Source of the DNA: an uncultured Gemmatimonadaceae bacterium | GTDB taxonomy: Bacteria > Gemmatimonadota > Gemmatimonadetes > Gemmatimonadales > Gemmatimonadaceae | Assembly (NCBI GenBank): GCA_963716745.1 | Contig: OY970320.1 | Span: 1,152,001 to 1,216,000 of the forward strand | DNA: 64,000 nt | Direction of reading: 5' to 3' | Shown: positions 22,415 through 35,070 of the stretch, in pieces | How positions within the stretch are numbered: the stretch's first letter is position 1 | How the letters are laid out: each line of letters begins with the position of its first letter | Position numbers and translations under genes: made by a program | The notes under the pieces: model-generated | Told to the model about the DNA's origin: nothing | The model's database searches: none | What the model saw: the letters and a program-made list of their open reading frames with translations, nothing else

Positions 22415-25400
22415 GCCGGCCGGAAGTACCGAAGGATCGCGCCGCTCACACGGCGAGCTTCGTCAACTACCTCGTGGCGGCGGCGGTCGACCAATGGCCG
22501 ATCGTCGCCTTCCTCGCGCTGCTGTTCGTCGGCGTCGGCATCTGGTCGTTCCTGCGCCTGCCGGTGGACGCGTATCCCGACCTGTCGCCGCCGATGGTCG
22601 AGATCATGACGCAATGGCCGGGCCACGCCGCCGAGGAAGTCGAGCAGCTCATCACCGCGCCCATCGAACTCTCGATGAACGGCGTCCCGAATCTCAAGGT
22701 GATGCGCTCGATCTCGCTCTACGGCCTCTCCGATGTGACGCTCACCTTCCGCGACAACACCGACGATTACTTCGCGCGGCAGCGCGTGTTCGAGCGGCTG
22801 CCCGACGTCGCAGCTGCCAGAGGGGATCACGCCGAGTGTGTCGCCGCTCTTCTCGCCGTCGGGGCTCGTGTACCGCTACGTGATCGAGAGCAAGGACCGG
22901 AGCGCGATGGAGCTCAAGAACATCCAGGACTGGGTGCTCGAGCGCCAATACCGCTCCGTGCCCGGCGTGGCCGACATGAGCTCGCTCGGCGGCGAGACGA
23001 TGCAGTACCAGGTCGTGATCGATCCGGTGCGGCTCGCCGGCCGCGGACTCACGGTGCCCGCCGTCGCCGCCGCGCTCTCCGCGAACAACAGCAATGCGGG
23101 CGGCGGGTTCTACTCCGAAGGCGGCCAGTTCTACTACGTGCGCGGGCTCGGCCGCATGGCGACCACCGAGGACATCGGGCGCACCGTGGTGGCCGTGAGC
23201 AACGGCACGCCCGTGCTCGTGAGAGACATCGGCGAGGTGGTGATCGGCGCGGCGCCGCGACTCGGGACAGTTCGGCTTCGACAGCGTGAACGACGCCGTC
23301 GAGGGCGTGATCCTCATGACGCGCGGCGAGCAGGCACAGGTCGTGCTGAAGAAGGTGCAGGCCAAGACGACCGAGTTGAACGACTCGCTCTTGCCGAAGG
23401 ACGTGCACATTCGCCCCTACTACGACCGCAGCGAACTGATCGCACTCACCACACGCACGGTGGAAGACAACTTGCTGCGCGGCATCATCTTCGTGCTCGT
23501 CGTACTGATGTTCTTCCTGTACGACGTGCGGTCGGGGCTGATCGTGGCCACGACGATCCCGCTCTCGCTGCTCTTCGCCTTCATCTGCCTCGATCTGCGG
23601 CACGTGCCGGCCAATCTCCTCTCCATCGGCGCGATCGACTTCGGCATCATCGTCGACGGGGCCGTCGTCATGGTGGAGAACATATTCCGCCAGCTTTCCG
23701 CACGGCGTGAGGAAAAAGACGTGAGCGTGCGTGAAGTCATCATCGCCGCCGCCGCGGAGGTGGACCGGCCCGATCCTGTATGCGGTGGCGGTGATCATCG
23801 CGGGATTCCTGCCCATCTACGTGCTCGCGGGCCCGTCGGGCACGCTGTTCCGCCCGATGGCCGATACGACGATCTTCGCGTTGATCGGCTCGCTCCTCCT
23901 CACGCTCACGCTGCTGCCCGTGCTCTGCTTCTTCGTGCTCGGCGGCCATGCGCGCGAGCGGCACAATCCGGGCTTCGAGTGGATCAAGCGGCACTACACG
24001 CGCGGCCTCGACTGGTCGATGCGAGTACCCATGGCGCGTGATCGGCGGTTCTACGCTGCTGCTCGGCGTCGCGCTGGCGCTCATCCCGTTCATCGGCGCG
24101 GAGTTCATGCCCAAGCTCGACGAGGGCGCACTCTGGGTGCGTTCCACGATGCCGTACACGATCTCCTTCGAGGAATCGTCGCGCATCGTGCCGCAGATCC
24201 GCGCGGTGCTGCGCTCGTTCCCGATGGTCACCGTCGTGGCGGATGAGCACGGCCGTCCCGACGACGGCACCGACGCCACCGGTTTCTTCAATGCCGAGTT
24301 CTACGTTGGGCTCAAGCCCTACAACGAATGGACGGGACCGATCCGCACGAAGGCGCAGCTCATCGACAGCGTGGACAAGCGCCTCGCCTCGTTCACCGGC
24401 ATCACGTTCAACTATACGCAGCCCGCCGAGGATGCGGTGAACGAGGCCGAGACCGGTCTGAAGAGTTCGCTCGACGTGAAGGTGTTCGGCACCGATCTGG
24501 AGCTGCTCGAGAAGAAGGGGAACGAGATCAAGAAGGTGATCGAGGCGGTGCCGGGGATCACGCACGTGACCGTGGTGGAGGAACTGGGCCAGCCGAGTCT
24601 CACGATCAGCATCGATCGCGCGAAGACGTCGCGGTACGGCATCAACGTGGACGACGTGAACGGACTCGTGGAAGCGGCGGTGGGCGGCAGCGCGGCCACG
24701 ACCATCGTGCAGGGCGAACGGCGGTTCGATCTCGTGGTGCGTCTCAAGCCCGAGTCGCGCCGCACGCCGGAGGAGATCGGGCACATCCTGGTCGCGGCGC
24801 CCGGCGGACAGCAGATCCCGCTGCGCGAACTGGCCGACGTGCGCGTGAACAACGGTGCGTCGTTCATCTACCGTCAGGACAATTCGCGTTTCATCGGCAT
24901 CCAGTACTCGGTGGAGGGCCGCGATCTCGCGAGCGCCGTGCAGGAAGCGCAGAAGGCCGTGGCCGCGAAAGTGCGCGTGCCGCCCGGCTATCGCGTGCGC
25001 TGGGGCGGCGAGTACGAGGATTACACCGCGTCGCGCGACCAGCTGCAGTTCGTGCTGCCGGTCACGATCGTGCTCATCTTCCTCATCCTCTTCTCTCTGT
25101 ACAACAATTTCAAATTCCCCTGGATCACCGTGGTCGGCGTGGTGCTCTCGGGGCCGATCGGCGGGATCTTCACGCTCTGGCTCACCGGCACGCCGTTCTC
25201 GGCGAGTTCGGGTATCGGATTCCTCGCGTTGTTCGGCGTGTCCGTGCAGACGGCCGTCGTGTACATCTCCTATGTGAACGAGTTGCGGCGCGATGGCATG
25301 GACATCGTGCGCGCCACGCATGAGGCTGCGCTGCTGCGGCTGCGGCCGATCATGATGACGGCGCTCGTCGCCGCACTCGGCCTGCTGCCCGCCGCACTCT

Positions 25401-25543
25401 CCACCGGCGTCGGGAGCGATTCGCAGCGGCCCTTCGCGCTCGTGATCGTGGGCGGATTGTTCTCACGGCTCCTGATCAGTGTGTTCCTCATGCCGTCGCT
25501 CTATGTGGTGGTCGCGAAGGAGGGCGACCGCCTCGAGGTCTGA
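22411..25543 (+). CDS. CusA/CzcA-family heavy-metal RND transporter, several frameshifts
   Basis: LPVDAYPDLS, AEEVEQLIT, RSISLYGLS, GAIDFGIIVDGAVVMVEN, EFMPKLDEG, RLRPIMMTALVAALG. Confidence 0.92.
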
Positions 25544-25590
25544 GCGCGCTCATTCTTGCGCGACGGAACGTCAGGGCGTAGCGTGGACCG

Positions 25591-26244
25591 ATGAGCGAGC
25601 AACGGGCGATCACCGAGCGGGAAGTGCGCCGCCTCGCGCGCGACGGCGCGAAGATCATCGACGTGCGCGGCGCGATCGTGACGCCCGGTGCACGCTCGGC
25701 CGCGCGCGAGTTGGGGGTGATCCTCACCGGATCCGAAACGCCCACCTCCGTGCTCCCCATCCGCGCGTACGGTGCGTTCGACCCGAGACCGTTCGTGCCG
25801 AGCACCGTGGCGCTCGCGTGCGACCAGTCGGGCACGATGATCAAGGAAGCGGTGGCCGCGCGCCTCTATCAGTTGCAGCACACCGTGACCGATCTCGTGG
25901 GCCCGGAGAAATCGCTGCTCGAAACGACCGCCGCGGCGGTGCTCGTCGCGCGCGAAGTCTCCTCCGGCCGCGCCCGCTTTGGCGTCGTGGTGGATGGCAC
26001 CGGCGTCAGCGCGTGCATCGCGGCCAATAAGATCAAAGGCGTGCGCGCGGCGCTCTGCCACGATGTCACCACCGCGGTCAGCGCACGCGAACACTCGGAT
26101 GCGAACGTCCTCGCGCTCGCCGGTTCCCTCATCGGCCCCCGCCTCGCCACGGCCATCGTCGAGACGTTCCTCACGCGGGACTTCGTGCCGGAGCGCTACG
26201 CGGCTCGGCTCGAGAAGCTGAAAGAACTGGACGAGCAGAGATAA
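25591..26244 (+). CDS. RpiB/LacAB-family protein with extra N-terminal domain, non-canonical active site
   Basis: DGTGVSACIAANKIKGVRAA, AREHSDANVLAL; DQSG instead of DHxG and DGTG instead of CGTG. Confidence 0.8.
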   Translation: MSEQRAITEREVRRLARDGAKIIDVRGAIVTPGARSAARELGVILTGSETPTSVLPIRAYGAFDPRPFVPSTVALACDQSGTMIKEAVAARLYQLQHTVTDLVGPEKSLLETTAAAVLVAREVSSGRARFGVVVDGTGVSACIAANKIKGVRAALCHDVTTAVSAREHSDANVLALAGSLIGPRLATAIVETFLTRDFVPERYAARLEKLKELDEQR

Positions 26245-26245
26245 C

Positions 26246-26358
26246 TACGGGACTGGCACCGCTGACGGCGGGATTAGCATTGGAGGCTCAGCTCTTCCCA
26301 ACGCCAATCCCGCCCTCGGTGGTACCAGTCCCGCCGTCAGCGGTGCCAATCCCGCCGC
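26246..26358. repeat. 21-nt-unit palindrome (GGTACCAGTCCCGCCGTCAGC family), copy 1
   Basis: ggcaccgctgacggcgggatt ... aatcccgcc..ggtaccagtcccgccgtcagcggtgcc. Confidence 0.85.
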
Positions 26359-26385
26359 TTCGGTCTCCAGAGTAACTTTCCTCGA

Positions 26386-28632
26386 ATGAAAAAGCAGGAC
26401 GCACTCGATTACCACAGCAGTGGAAGACCCGGCAAGATCGCCGTCGTCCCCACCAAGCCACTCAACAATCAGCGCGACCTCGCGCTCGCGTACACACCGG
26501 GCGTCGCTGAGCCGTGCCTCGCGATCCAGGCGAATCCGGACGACGCCTACCTGTACACCGCGCGCGGCAATCTCGTCGCGGTCGTGACGAACGGCACCTC
26601 CGTGCTCGGCCTCGGCAACATCGGCGCGCTCGCAGGCAAGCCGGTGATGGAAGGCAAGGGGAACCTCTTCAAGCAGTTCGCGGACCTCGACGTGTTCGAC
26701 ATCGAGGTGAACGCCGAGGATCCCGAGGATGTGATCCGCTTCTGCCAGATGCTCGAGCCCACGGTGGGCGGAATCAATCTCGAGGACATCCGCGCCCCCG
26801 ATTGCTTCCGCATCGAAGAAGAGCTCAAGCGCACGCTCAAGATCCCGGTGTTCCACGACGATCAGCACGGCACCGCGATCATCTCTGGCGCGGCGCTCCT
26901 GAACGCGCTCGAGATCGTGCACAAGAAGATCGACGAGGTGCGCGTCGTCTTCTCCGGCGCCGGCGCCGCCGCGGTCGCCACCGCGAATCACTACATGCGC
27001 CTCGGCGTGAAGCGCGAGCACATCACGATGTGCGACGCGCACGGCGTGATCTTCGAAGGACGCACGATCGAGATGGACCCATACAAGGGCCGCTTCGCGC
27101 AGCGCACGGAGATGCGCACGATCAGCCAGGTGCTCGTCGGCGCCGACGTGTTCGTGGGCCTCTCGCGCGGCGGCGTGATCTCGGGCGCGATGATCGCGGC
27201 GATGGCGAAGGATCCCATCGTGTTCGCGCTCGCGAATCCCACGCCCGAGATCCTGCCGCACGAAGTGCACGCCGCGCGCGCCGATGCGATCGTCGCCACC
27301 GGCCGCAGCGATTATCCCAATCAGGTGAACAACGTCCTCGGTTTTCCTTTCATCTTCCGCGGCGCGCTCGATGCACGCGCGACGCAGGTGACCGAGGAGA
27401 TGAAGATGGCCGCCACACGCGCGCTCGCCGCGCTCGCGCGCGAGCCGGTGCCCGATTCCGTCGCGCGGCTGTACGGCCTGAAGAACGTCGCCTTCGGACG
27501 CGACTATCTCATTCCCTTCCCCTTCGACCCGCGCGTCCTCCTCTGGGTCGCGCCCGCGGTCGCGTGGGCCGCGGTGGCCAGCGGCGTCGCGCGCGTGATC
27601 ATCGACGCCGAGGATTATCGCGCGCTGCTCGAATCACGTTTGAGCCGCGCGCGCGGCATCATGCGCGGACTCATCAACCAGGCGGTGCAGGATCCGCGCC
27701 GCGTCGTCTTCCCCGAGGGCGAGGACGAACGGATCATCAAGGCTGCCCGCATCGTGCTTGACGAAGGGATCGCCGAGCCCGTGCTCCTCGGGAACATCGA
27801 CGCCATCCGCCGCACCGCGTCGGAAGTGCGCATCTCCCTCGAAGGTCTCACGCTCGCCGACCCGGCGGACCCGACCCGTCTCGACGCCTTCGCCGACTAT
27901 CTGTTCGAGCGCCGCCGTCACAAGGGAATGACCAAGGCCGATGCTCGCGCGCGCGTAACCGACCCCGACTACTTCGGCAGCCTCATGGTGGCCGCCGGCG
28001 ACGCCAATGCGCTCGTCTCCGGCGTCACGCAACAGTACCCGGCCACCATCCGTCCCGCGCTCGAAGTGATCGGAGCGCACCCCAAGGGCGGCCTGGTGAG
28101 CGGCTTCTACATGCTCGTGTTCGAGAAGCACGTCGTGTTCCTCGGCGACACGACGGTCACCATCGCGCCCACCGCCGAGAAGCTCGCGCAGATCGCGTAC
28201 TCGGCCGGGCGGCTGCTGCGGACGTTCGGCATCGAACCGCGCGTCGCGATGCTATCTTTCTCGAACTTCGGTTCCGTGCGGGACGAGGAGGCGGAGCGCG
28301 TGGCCGCGGCGGTGAAACTGATCCGCCAGCGCGATCCGAGTCTCGTGGTGGATGGCGAGATGCAGGCCGATCTCGCCATGAACGAGGAGAAACTGCGGAG
28401 CCAGTTCCCGCTGAGCCTGCTCTCCGGGCCGGCGAACGTCCTGATCTTCCCGAACTTGAGTGCGGGCAATATCGCGTACAAGTTACTCCGTGAGTTGGGC
28501 GGGGCCACGGCCATCGGGCCGATCCTGGTAGGCATGCGGCTCCCCGTGCACGTGCTGGAAGCCGGATGCGATGTGCAGAGCATCGTCAACATGGCCGCGG
28601 TAGCTGTTGTGGACGCGCAGTCACGCAAATAG
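26386..28632 (+). CDS. maeB: NADP-dependent malic enzyme with PTA domain
   Basis: LAYTPGVAEPC, KPVMEGKG, FHDDQHGTA, TGRSDYPNQVNN, DGEMQAD, GNIAYKL. Confidence 0.96.
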   Translation: MKKQDALDYHSSGRPGKIAVVPTKPLNNQRDLALAYTPGVAEPCLAIQANPDDAYLYTARGNLVAVVTNGTSVLGLGNIGALAGKPVMEGKGNLFKQFADLDVFDIEVNAEDPEDVIRFCQMLEPTVGGINLEDIRAPDCFRIEEELKRTLKIPVFHDDQHGTAIISGAALLNALEIVHKKIDEVRVVFSGAGAAAVATANHYMRLGVKREHITMCDAHGVIFEGRTIEMDPYKGRFAQRTEMRTISQVLVGADVFVGLSRGGVISGAMIAAMAKDPIVFALANPTPEILPHEVHAARADAIVATGRSDYPNQVNNVLGFPFIFRGALDARATQVTEEMKMAATRALAALAREPVPDSVARLYGLKNVAFGRDYLIPFPFDPRVLLWVAPAVAWAAVASGVARVIIDAEDYRALLESRLSRARGIMRGLINQAVQDPRRVVFPEGEDERIIKAARIVLDEGIAEPVLLGNIDAIRRTASEVRISLEGLTLADPADPTRLDAFADYLFERRRHKGMTKADARARVTDPDYFGSLMVAAGDANALVSGVTQQYPATIRPALEVIGAHPKGGLVSGFYMLVFEKHVVFLGDTTVTIAPTAEKLAQIAYSAGRLLRTFGIEPRVAMLSFSNFGSVRDEEAERVAAAVKLIRQRDPSLVVDGEMQADLAMNEEKLRSQFPLSLLSGPANVLIFPNLSAGNIAYKLLRELGGATAIGPILVGMRLPVHVLEAGCDVQSIVNMAAVAVVDAQSRK

Positions 28633-28685
28633 CCGGCGCCGCGGCGCCGCTCTCTTTCATAGACCTCGAGCCGCAGGATCACATC

Positions 28686-30308
<1,623 letters not shown>

Positions 30309-30321
30309 CGGCGCCCGAAAC

Positions 30322-31539
30322 GTGACCACGATCCGCGATCCACTCTGGAACAACATCCGTGTGGACGCGGTCGCCCGGCAGCTCATCGACACGCCCGCGC
30401 TCCAGCGGCTGCGCTACGTGCGGCAGCTGGGGCTCGCGCATCTCGTCTATCCCGGCGCCACGCATTCGCGCTTCGAGCACGCGCTCGGCGCGTACCATCT
30501 CGCGAAACGCACGCTGCACGCGCTGGGCGACGCAGGGGCGCTCGCCGGCGTGCGCGGCGATGAGCCGGCGATCGTCGCCGCCACGGCGCTCCTGCACGAC
30601 GTGGGTCACTACCCGTTCAGTCACGCGCTCGAGGAGATCGGCGTCGCGCATCATGAGGAGGTGGCGCGCGATCTGATCACGGGCGGCGAGGCCGCCGCCA
30701 TTTTGAAGAAGGAATACGGTCCCGACGCGCCCGCGCGCGTCATGGCGCTCATCCAGGGGAAGAGCGAGTCGCCGTTGCAAGGACTCATCTCGGGTTCGCT
30801 CGACCTCGACAAGATCGACTATCTCAAACGCGACGCGAAGATGTGCGGCGTCCCGTATGGCGAGATCGATGAGGATCGCCTGCTCTTCGCCATCGTGCTG
30901 CTCGCCGATCCCACGACGAAGCGCACGGTGACCGGCGTACGCGCGAAGGCGCTGAGCGCGCTCGAGTCGCTGCTCTTCGCCAAGTACCAGATGTACCGGA
31001 ACGTCTACTGGCATCACGCCGTGCGCAGCGCCACCGCGATGTACAAGCGGCTGGTAGAGGACGCGCTGCGCGCCGGAACGCTCAGCGCCGCCTCGCTCGT
31101 GCACTTCACCGACGAGGGATTGTTGCACGCGCTCGAACAAGGCACGCCGCATCCCCTGCTCGCCGCGATCCGCATGCGGCGGCTGTTCAAGCGCGCCTTC
31201 GAGACGCCCGCGGCGACGCTCGAGGGCCGCGATCTCGAATGGATCGCTACCGACCGCGACCGCGTGCGCGTCGCCGAGGAGAGCCTTGGGAAGGCCGCCG
31301 GCCTCGCGCCCGGCGAACTGCTGCTCGATTACCCCGCCAAGACGCAAATGCTCTCACTCGACCTGCCGGTGCTCATGCGCGACGACTCGGTGGTGCGTCT
31401 CACCGCCGCCGGCATGGCCGGCGCGATCGACTTGCCTTTACTCGCCGACAGGCTGTACAAGTCGGCGCGGTGGCTGAGGGTGTTCACGGCGCATCGCGTG
31501 ACGTTGAGCGAAGCGCAGGTATTTCAGGCTCTCAGCTAG
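30322..31539 (+). CDS. HD-domain phosphohydrolase (dNTPase-like)
   Basis: QRLRYVRQLG, HSRFEHALG, LLHDVGHYPFSH, DLDKIDYLKRD. Confidence 0.9.
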   Translation: MTTIRDPLWNNIRVDAVARQLIDTPALQRLRYVRQLGLAHLVYPGATHSRFEHALGAYHLAKRTLHALGDAGALAGVRGDEPAIVAATALLHDVGHYPFSHALEEIGVAHHEEVARDLITGGEAAAILKKEYGPDAPARVMALIQGKSESPLQGLISGSLDLDKIDYLKRDAKMCGVPYGEIDEDRLLFAIVLLADPTTKRTVTGVRAKALSALESLLFAKYQMYRNVYWHHAVRSATAMYKRLVEDALRAGTLSAASLVHFTDEGLLHALEQGTPHPLLAAIRMRRLFKRAFETPAATLEGRDLEWIATDRDRVRVAEESLGKAAGLAPGELLLDYPAKTQMLSLDLPVLMRDDSVVRLTAAGMAGAIDLPLLADRLYKSARWLRVFTAHRVTLSEAQVFQALS

Positions 31540-31543
31540 GTAG

Positions 31544-31642
31544 CGCTCGGGATTCGGCACTCGGGACTCGCGCCCGCGAGAATACCGCCCCATGTTACCC
31601 GCCGTTGGCTGTCAGCGAGTCCCGAGTCCCGAATCCCGAACG
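31544..31642. repeat. Heptamer-built palindrome (CCCGAGT units)
   Basis: ctcgggattcggcactcgggactcgc ... gcgagtcccgagtcccgaatcccga. Confidence 0.8.
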
Positions 31643-31689
31643 TCGCTGCCACTTAGATCCATCGTCACTCTCCAACCCCAGCCCAAACG

Positions 31690-32175
31690 ATGATCCTCAT
31701 TCTCCGCTTGCTCCACATCGTCCTCGGCGCCTGTTGGGTCGGTGCCGTGGTCGCCTTCGCGCTCTTCGTCGAACCCGCCATCCGCGCGGCCGGTGCGGCG
31801 GGCAGCGCCGTGATGATGCAGATCGTGGCGCGGAAATTCAGCCAGGCCATGGCCGCCACAGCCGGCCTCACCGTGCTCACCGGGTTCCTCCTCTTCTGGC
31901 ACGACGCGCGCACCGGCGGCCCCTCCTGGCCGAGCACGCCGGTGGGCATGGGATTCTCGGTGGGCGGTGTCGCGGCGCTCTCCGCGATGCTCGTGGGCCT
32001 CTTCATGATGAGGCCCACGATCGAGAAGATTGGCAAGCTTATGACGGCCGCCGCCGGCGGCCCGCCATCCGCCGAGGTGATCGCGCTCATGGCTAAGGCG
32101 CACAAAGGCGGACGCATCGTCGCCGCGCTCCTCTTGATCGCGGTCGCAGCGATGTCCGTCGCGCGATACCTCTAA
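31690..32175 (+). CDS. Four-TM hypothetical membrane protein
   Basis: LRLLHIVLGACWVG start and four hydrophobic segments. Confidence 0.75.
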   Translation: MILILRLLHIVLGACWVGAVVAFALFVEPAIRAAGAAGSAVMMQIVARKFSQAMAATAGLTVLTGFLLFWHDARTGGPSWPSTPVGMGFSVGGVAALSAMLVGLFMMRPTIEKIGKLMTAAAGGPPSAEVIALMAKAHKGGRIVAALLLIAVAAMSVARYL

Positions 32176-32191
32176 CCGCCCTGAGTAGGGA

Positions 32192-32341
32192 ATTCCTGCT
32201 GGAGAAACGAATGGCGACGTTGGACGTTAGCCTGCGTGGAACGTAAGAGTGGGGCTGGGACGACATTCGTCGTGACCAGCCCCACTCTCCGCTTCCACGC
32301 CCTCCAACGTCCAACGTCGCCGTTCGTTGGTCCAGCAGGAA
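32192..32341. repeat. Long imperfect intergenic hairpin with CCAACGT heptamers
   Basis: ttcctgctgg/ccagcaggaa, ggcgacgttggacgtt/aacgtccaacgtcgcc, agagtggggctgg/ccagccccactct. Confidence 0.8.
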
Positions 32342-32396
32342 GTCCCGACTCCTCTCCACTCGCTACTCGCCGTCCCAGCGTGCATCTTCCCTCGCA

Positions 32397-34644
32397 ATGA
32401 ATTCCCTGCAATCCCGCCTCTCCCCCGCCCTGGCCGGCCGCTACACGCTCGACCGTGAGCTCGGCGAAGGCGGAATGGCCATCGTGTACCTCGCGCACGA
32501 CGTGCGCCACGATCGCCAGGTCGCGGTCAAAGTGCTCCGCCCGGAGATCTCCGCCGAGATCGGCGCCGAGCGATTCCTGCGCGAGATCAAGATGGCCGCC
32601 GGACTCACGCACCCGCACATCCTCCCGGTGTTCGACTCCGGCGAAGCCGATGGGCTGCTCTTCTACGTGATGCCGAGCATGGAAGGGCGTTCGCTGCGCG
32701 AGCGCCTCGACAAGGAGCGCCAGCTGCAGCTTGAGCGACGCCCTCCGCCTCACGCGTGAGGTTGCGTCCGCACTCGATTACGCGCACCGGCACAACGTGA
32801 TGCACCGCGACATCAAGCCCGAGAACATTCTGCTGCATGAGGGCGCGGCCATGGTCGCCGACTTCGGCATCGGCAAGGCGCTCTCCGGCGAAGGCCGCTC
32901 GATCACGCAGACCGGTCTCGCGATCGGCACGCCCGCGTACATGAGCCCCGAACAATCTGCCGGCGAACTCGGCACCGATGGCCGAAGCGATCTCTATTCC
33001 CTCGGCTGCGTGCTGTACGAGATGCTCACCGGCGAGCCGCCCTTCACCGGCGTCACGCCGCAGGCGATCATCGCGAAGCGCTTCGTGTCGCCCATCCCGA
33101 GCGTGCGCACCACGCGCGATGTGCCCGAGGCGGTGGACGCCGCGGTCACCCGCGCCCTCGCGCGCACACCGGTGGACCGCTATCCCACTGCCGCCGATTT
33201 CGCCGAAGCGCTGCGCACCATCGGCCGCGACGGCACGGGTCCGCAGCGCGCCGCCACCGAGTCGAACAAGGCCGCCCCGAAGGCGATCGCCGTGCTCCCC
33301 TTCAAGAACATGAGCGCCGATCCGGAGAACGAGTATTTCTCCGACGGCATGACCGAGGAGATCATCAACGCCCTCGGGAAATTGCCCGGCATCCACGTGG
33401 CGTCGCGCACCAGTTCCTTCGCCTTCAAGGGGAAGGAGGTGGACGTGCGTCAGATCGGCGAGAAGCTGGGCGTCGCCTCGGTGCTCGAGGGCAGCGTGCG
33501 CAAGATCGGCAACAAGATCCGCCTCACGGCACAACTGATCAGCGTCGACAGCGGCTATCACATCTGGAGCGAGACGTTCGATCGCCAGCTCGAGGATGTG
33601 TTCGCCGTGCAGGACGAGATCTCGCGCGCCATCGTCGATGCGCTCAAGCTCCGGCTCGCGGGCGACGAGGCACAGGTCCTTGCGCCCACGAAGAATCTCG
33701 AAGCGTACACGCTCTACCTGAAAGGACGCTTCTTCTTCGCCAAACTCTCCGAGCCCGCGCTGCGCCGCTCGCTCGATCTCTTCCAACAGGCGCTGCTGCA
33801 GGATCCCGCGCTCGCCCGCGCCTACGCCGGCATCGCCGATGCGTGGTGCAATCTCGCCGACGATTGGGTCGCGCCCGACGACGCGTATCCGCGCGCGAAA
33901 GGCGCCGCCGAACGCGCGCTGCAGCGCGAGCCCGAGCTCGCGGAAGCGATCACATCGCTCGGCAAGGTGCTCGGTTGGCACGAATGGAAGTTCGCCGAGG
34001 CGGAGACGCAGCTCGCGCGCGCGGTGGCGCTGAGCCCCAACTACGCGGAAGCGCACTACGTGCACGCCACGCTGCTCCCCTCCGTCGGCCGGCTGCACGA
34101 CGGGATCGAGACGATGCGCAAGGCGCTGCTGCTTGATCCGCTCTCGGTGCATTACAGCGAATGGCTCACGCGCTTCCTGCTGTTCGATCGCGACTATGAT
34201 GCCGCCATCGTGCACGGTCTTCGCACGATCGACATGGATGAGATCTGTCATCGCGCGCAGCACTACATCGGCTCCGCGCACCTCGCGCTCGGCGACGCCA
34301 AAGAGGCGCTCAACTGGTACCGGCGCGCGCAGTCGCTCGAGCGCGCGCCGCGCTCGTGGGACGCGCTGATCGTGCGCGCCCTCGCCGCGCTCGGCCAGCG
34401 CGAGGAGGCGGACGCGATCCTCAAGCGGCTGGAAGAGGAGGGGAAACATCAGTACCTGCGCGCCGAGATCATCGCGACTGGTTACGCCGCCGTCGGCGAT
34501 CTGGACGGCGCATTCGCATCGCTCGAGCGCGCGTACCAGTCGCGCTCGGCGGGATTGCTCTATCTCCATCTCGATCCGGGATACGAGCCGTTGCGGAAGG
34601 ATCCGCGGTACGCGGATCTCGTCAAACGGATCGGAGTGCGCTGA
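32397..34644 (+). CDS. Hanks-type Ser/Thr kinase with TolB-like and TPR domains, frameshift near 32730
   Basis: LGEGGMA, VAVK, HRDIKPEN, DFG, GTPAYMSPE; IAVLPFKNMS..YFSDGMTEE; TPR-like repeats. Confidence 0.92.
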
Positions 34645-34663
34645 GCGCACCACGGCCCATCCC

Positions 34664-35014
34664 GCATTCAACAAGGGCGACACCACCGCGATGGCCGCGG
34701 CATGCGCGCCGCAGGCGTCGATCATCGATGAATTCCCACCGCACGTGTGGCAGGGCACAGGCGCGTGCATGGCGTGGGCCAATGCCTTCAACGGCGACGC
34801 CGAGAAGAACAAGATCACGGAGCCATTCGTGACCCTCGGCAAGCCGAGGCACGTCGACATTACCGGGGACGTCGCCTACGTGGTGGTCCCCGCGACGTAC
34901 ACGTTCAAGAAGAACGGGAAGCCGGTGAGAGAGAAGAATTCGATGCTCACGCTGTCACTCGCGAAGAGCGCAGGCGGTTGGCTCATCACCGGCTGGGCCT
35001 GGGCGAAGCACTAA
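34664..35014 (+). pseudogene. NTF2/SnoaL-like protein, apparently missing its N-terminus
   Basis: AFNKGDTTAMAAAC..IIDEFPPHVWQG..GDVAYVVVPATY..WLITGWAW; no room for a signal peptide after the kinase stop. Confidence 0.5.
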
Positions 35015-35070
35015 CACGCACGACTCGGTACTCACGCCGTTACTGACTCGGAACTCGAATCACCGAGGAG

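Noticed and set aside
30322..31539. HD dNTPase as anti-phage system
   Set aside because: Lies directly after maeB-pckA with host-like composition; no defence neighbours
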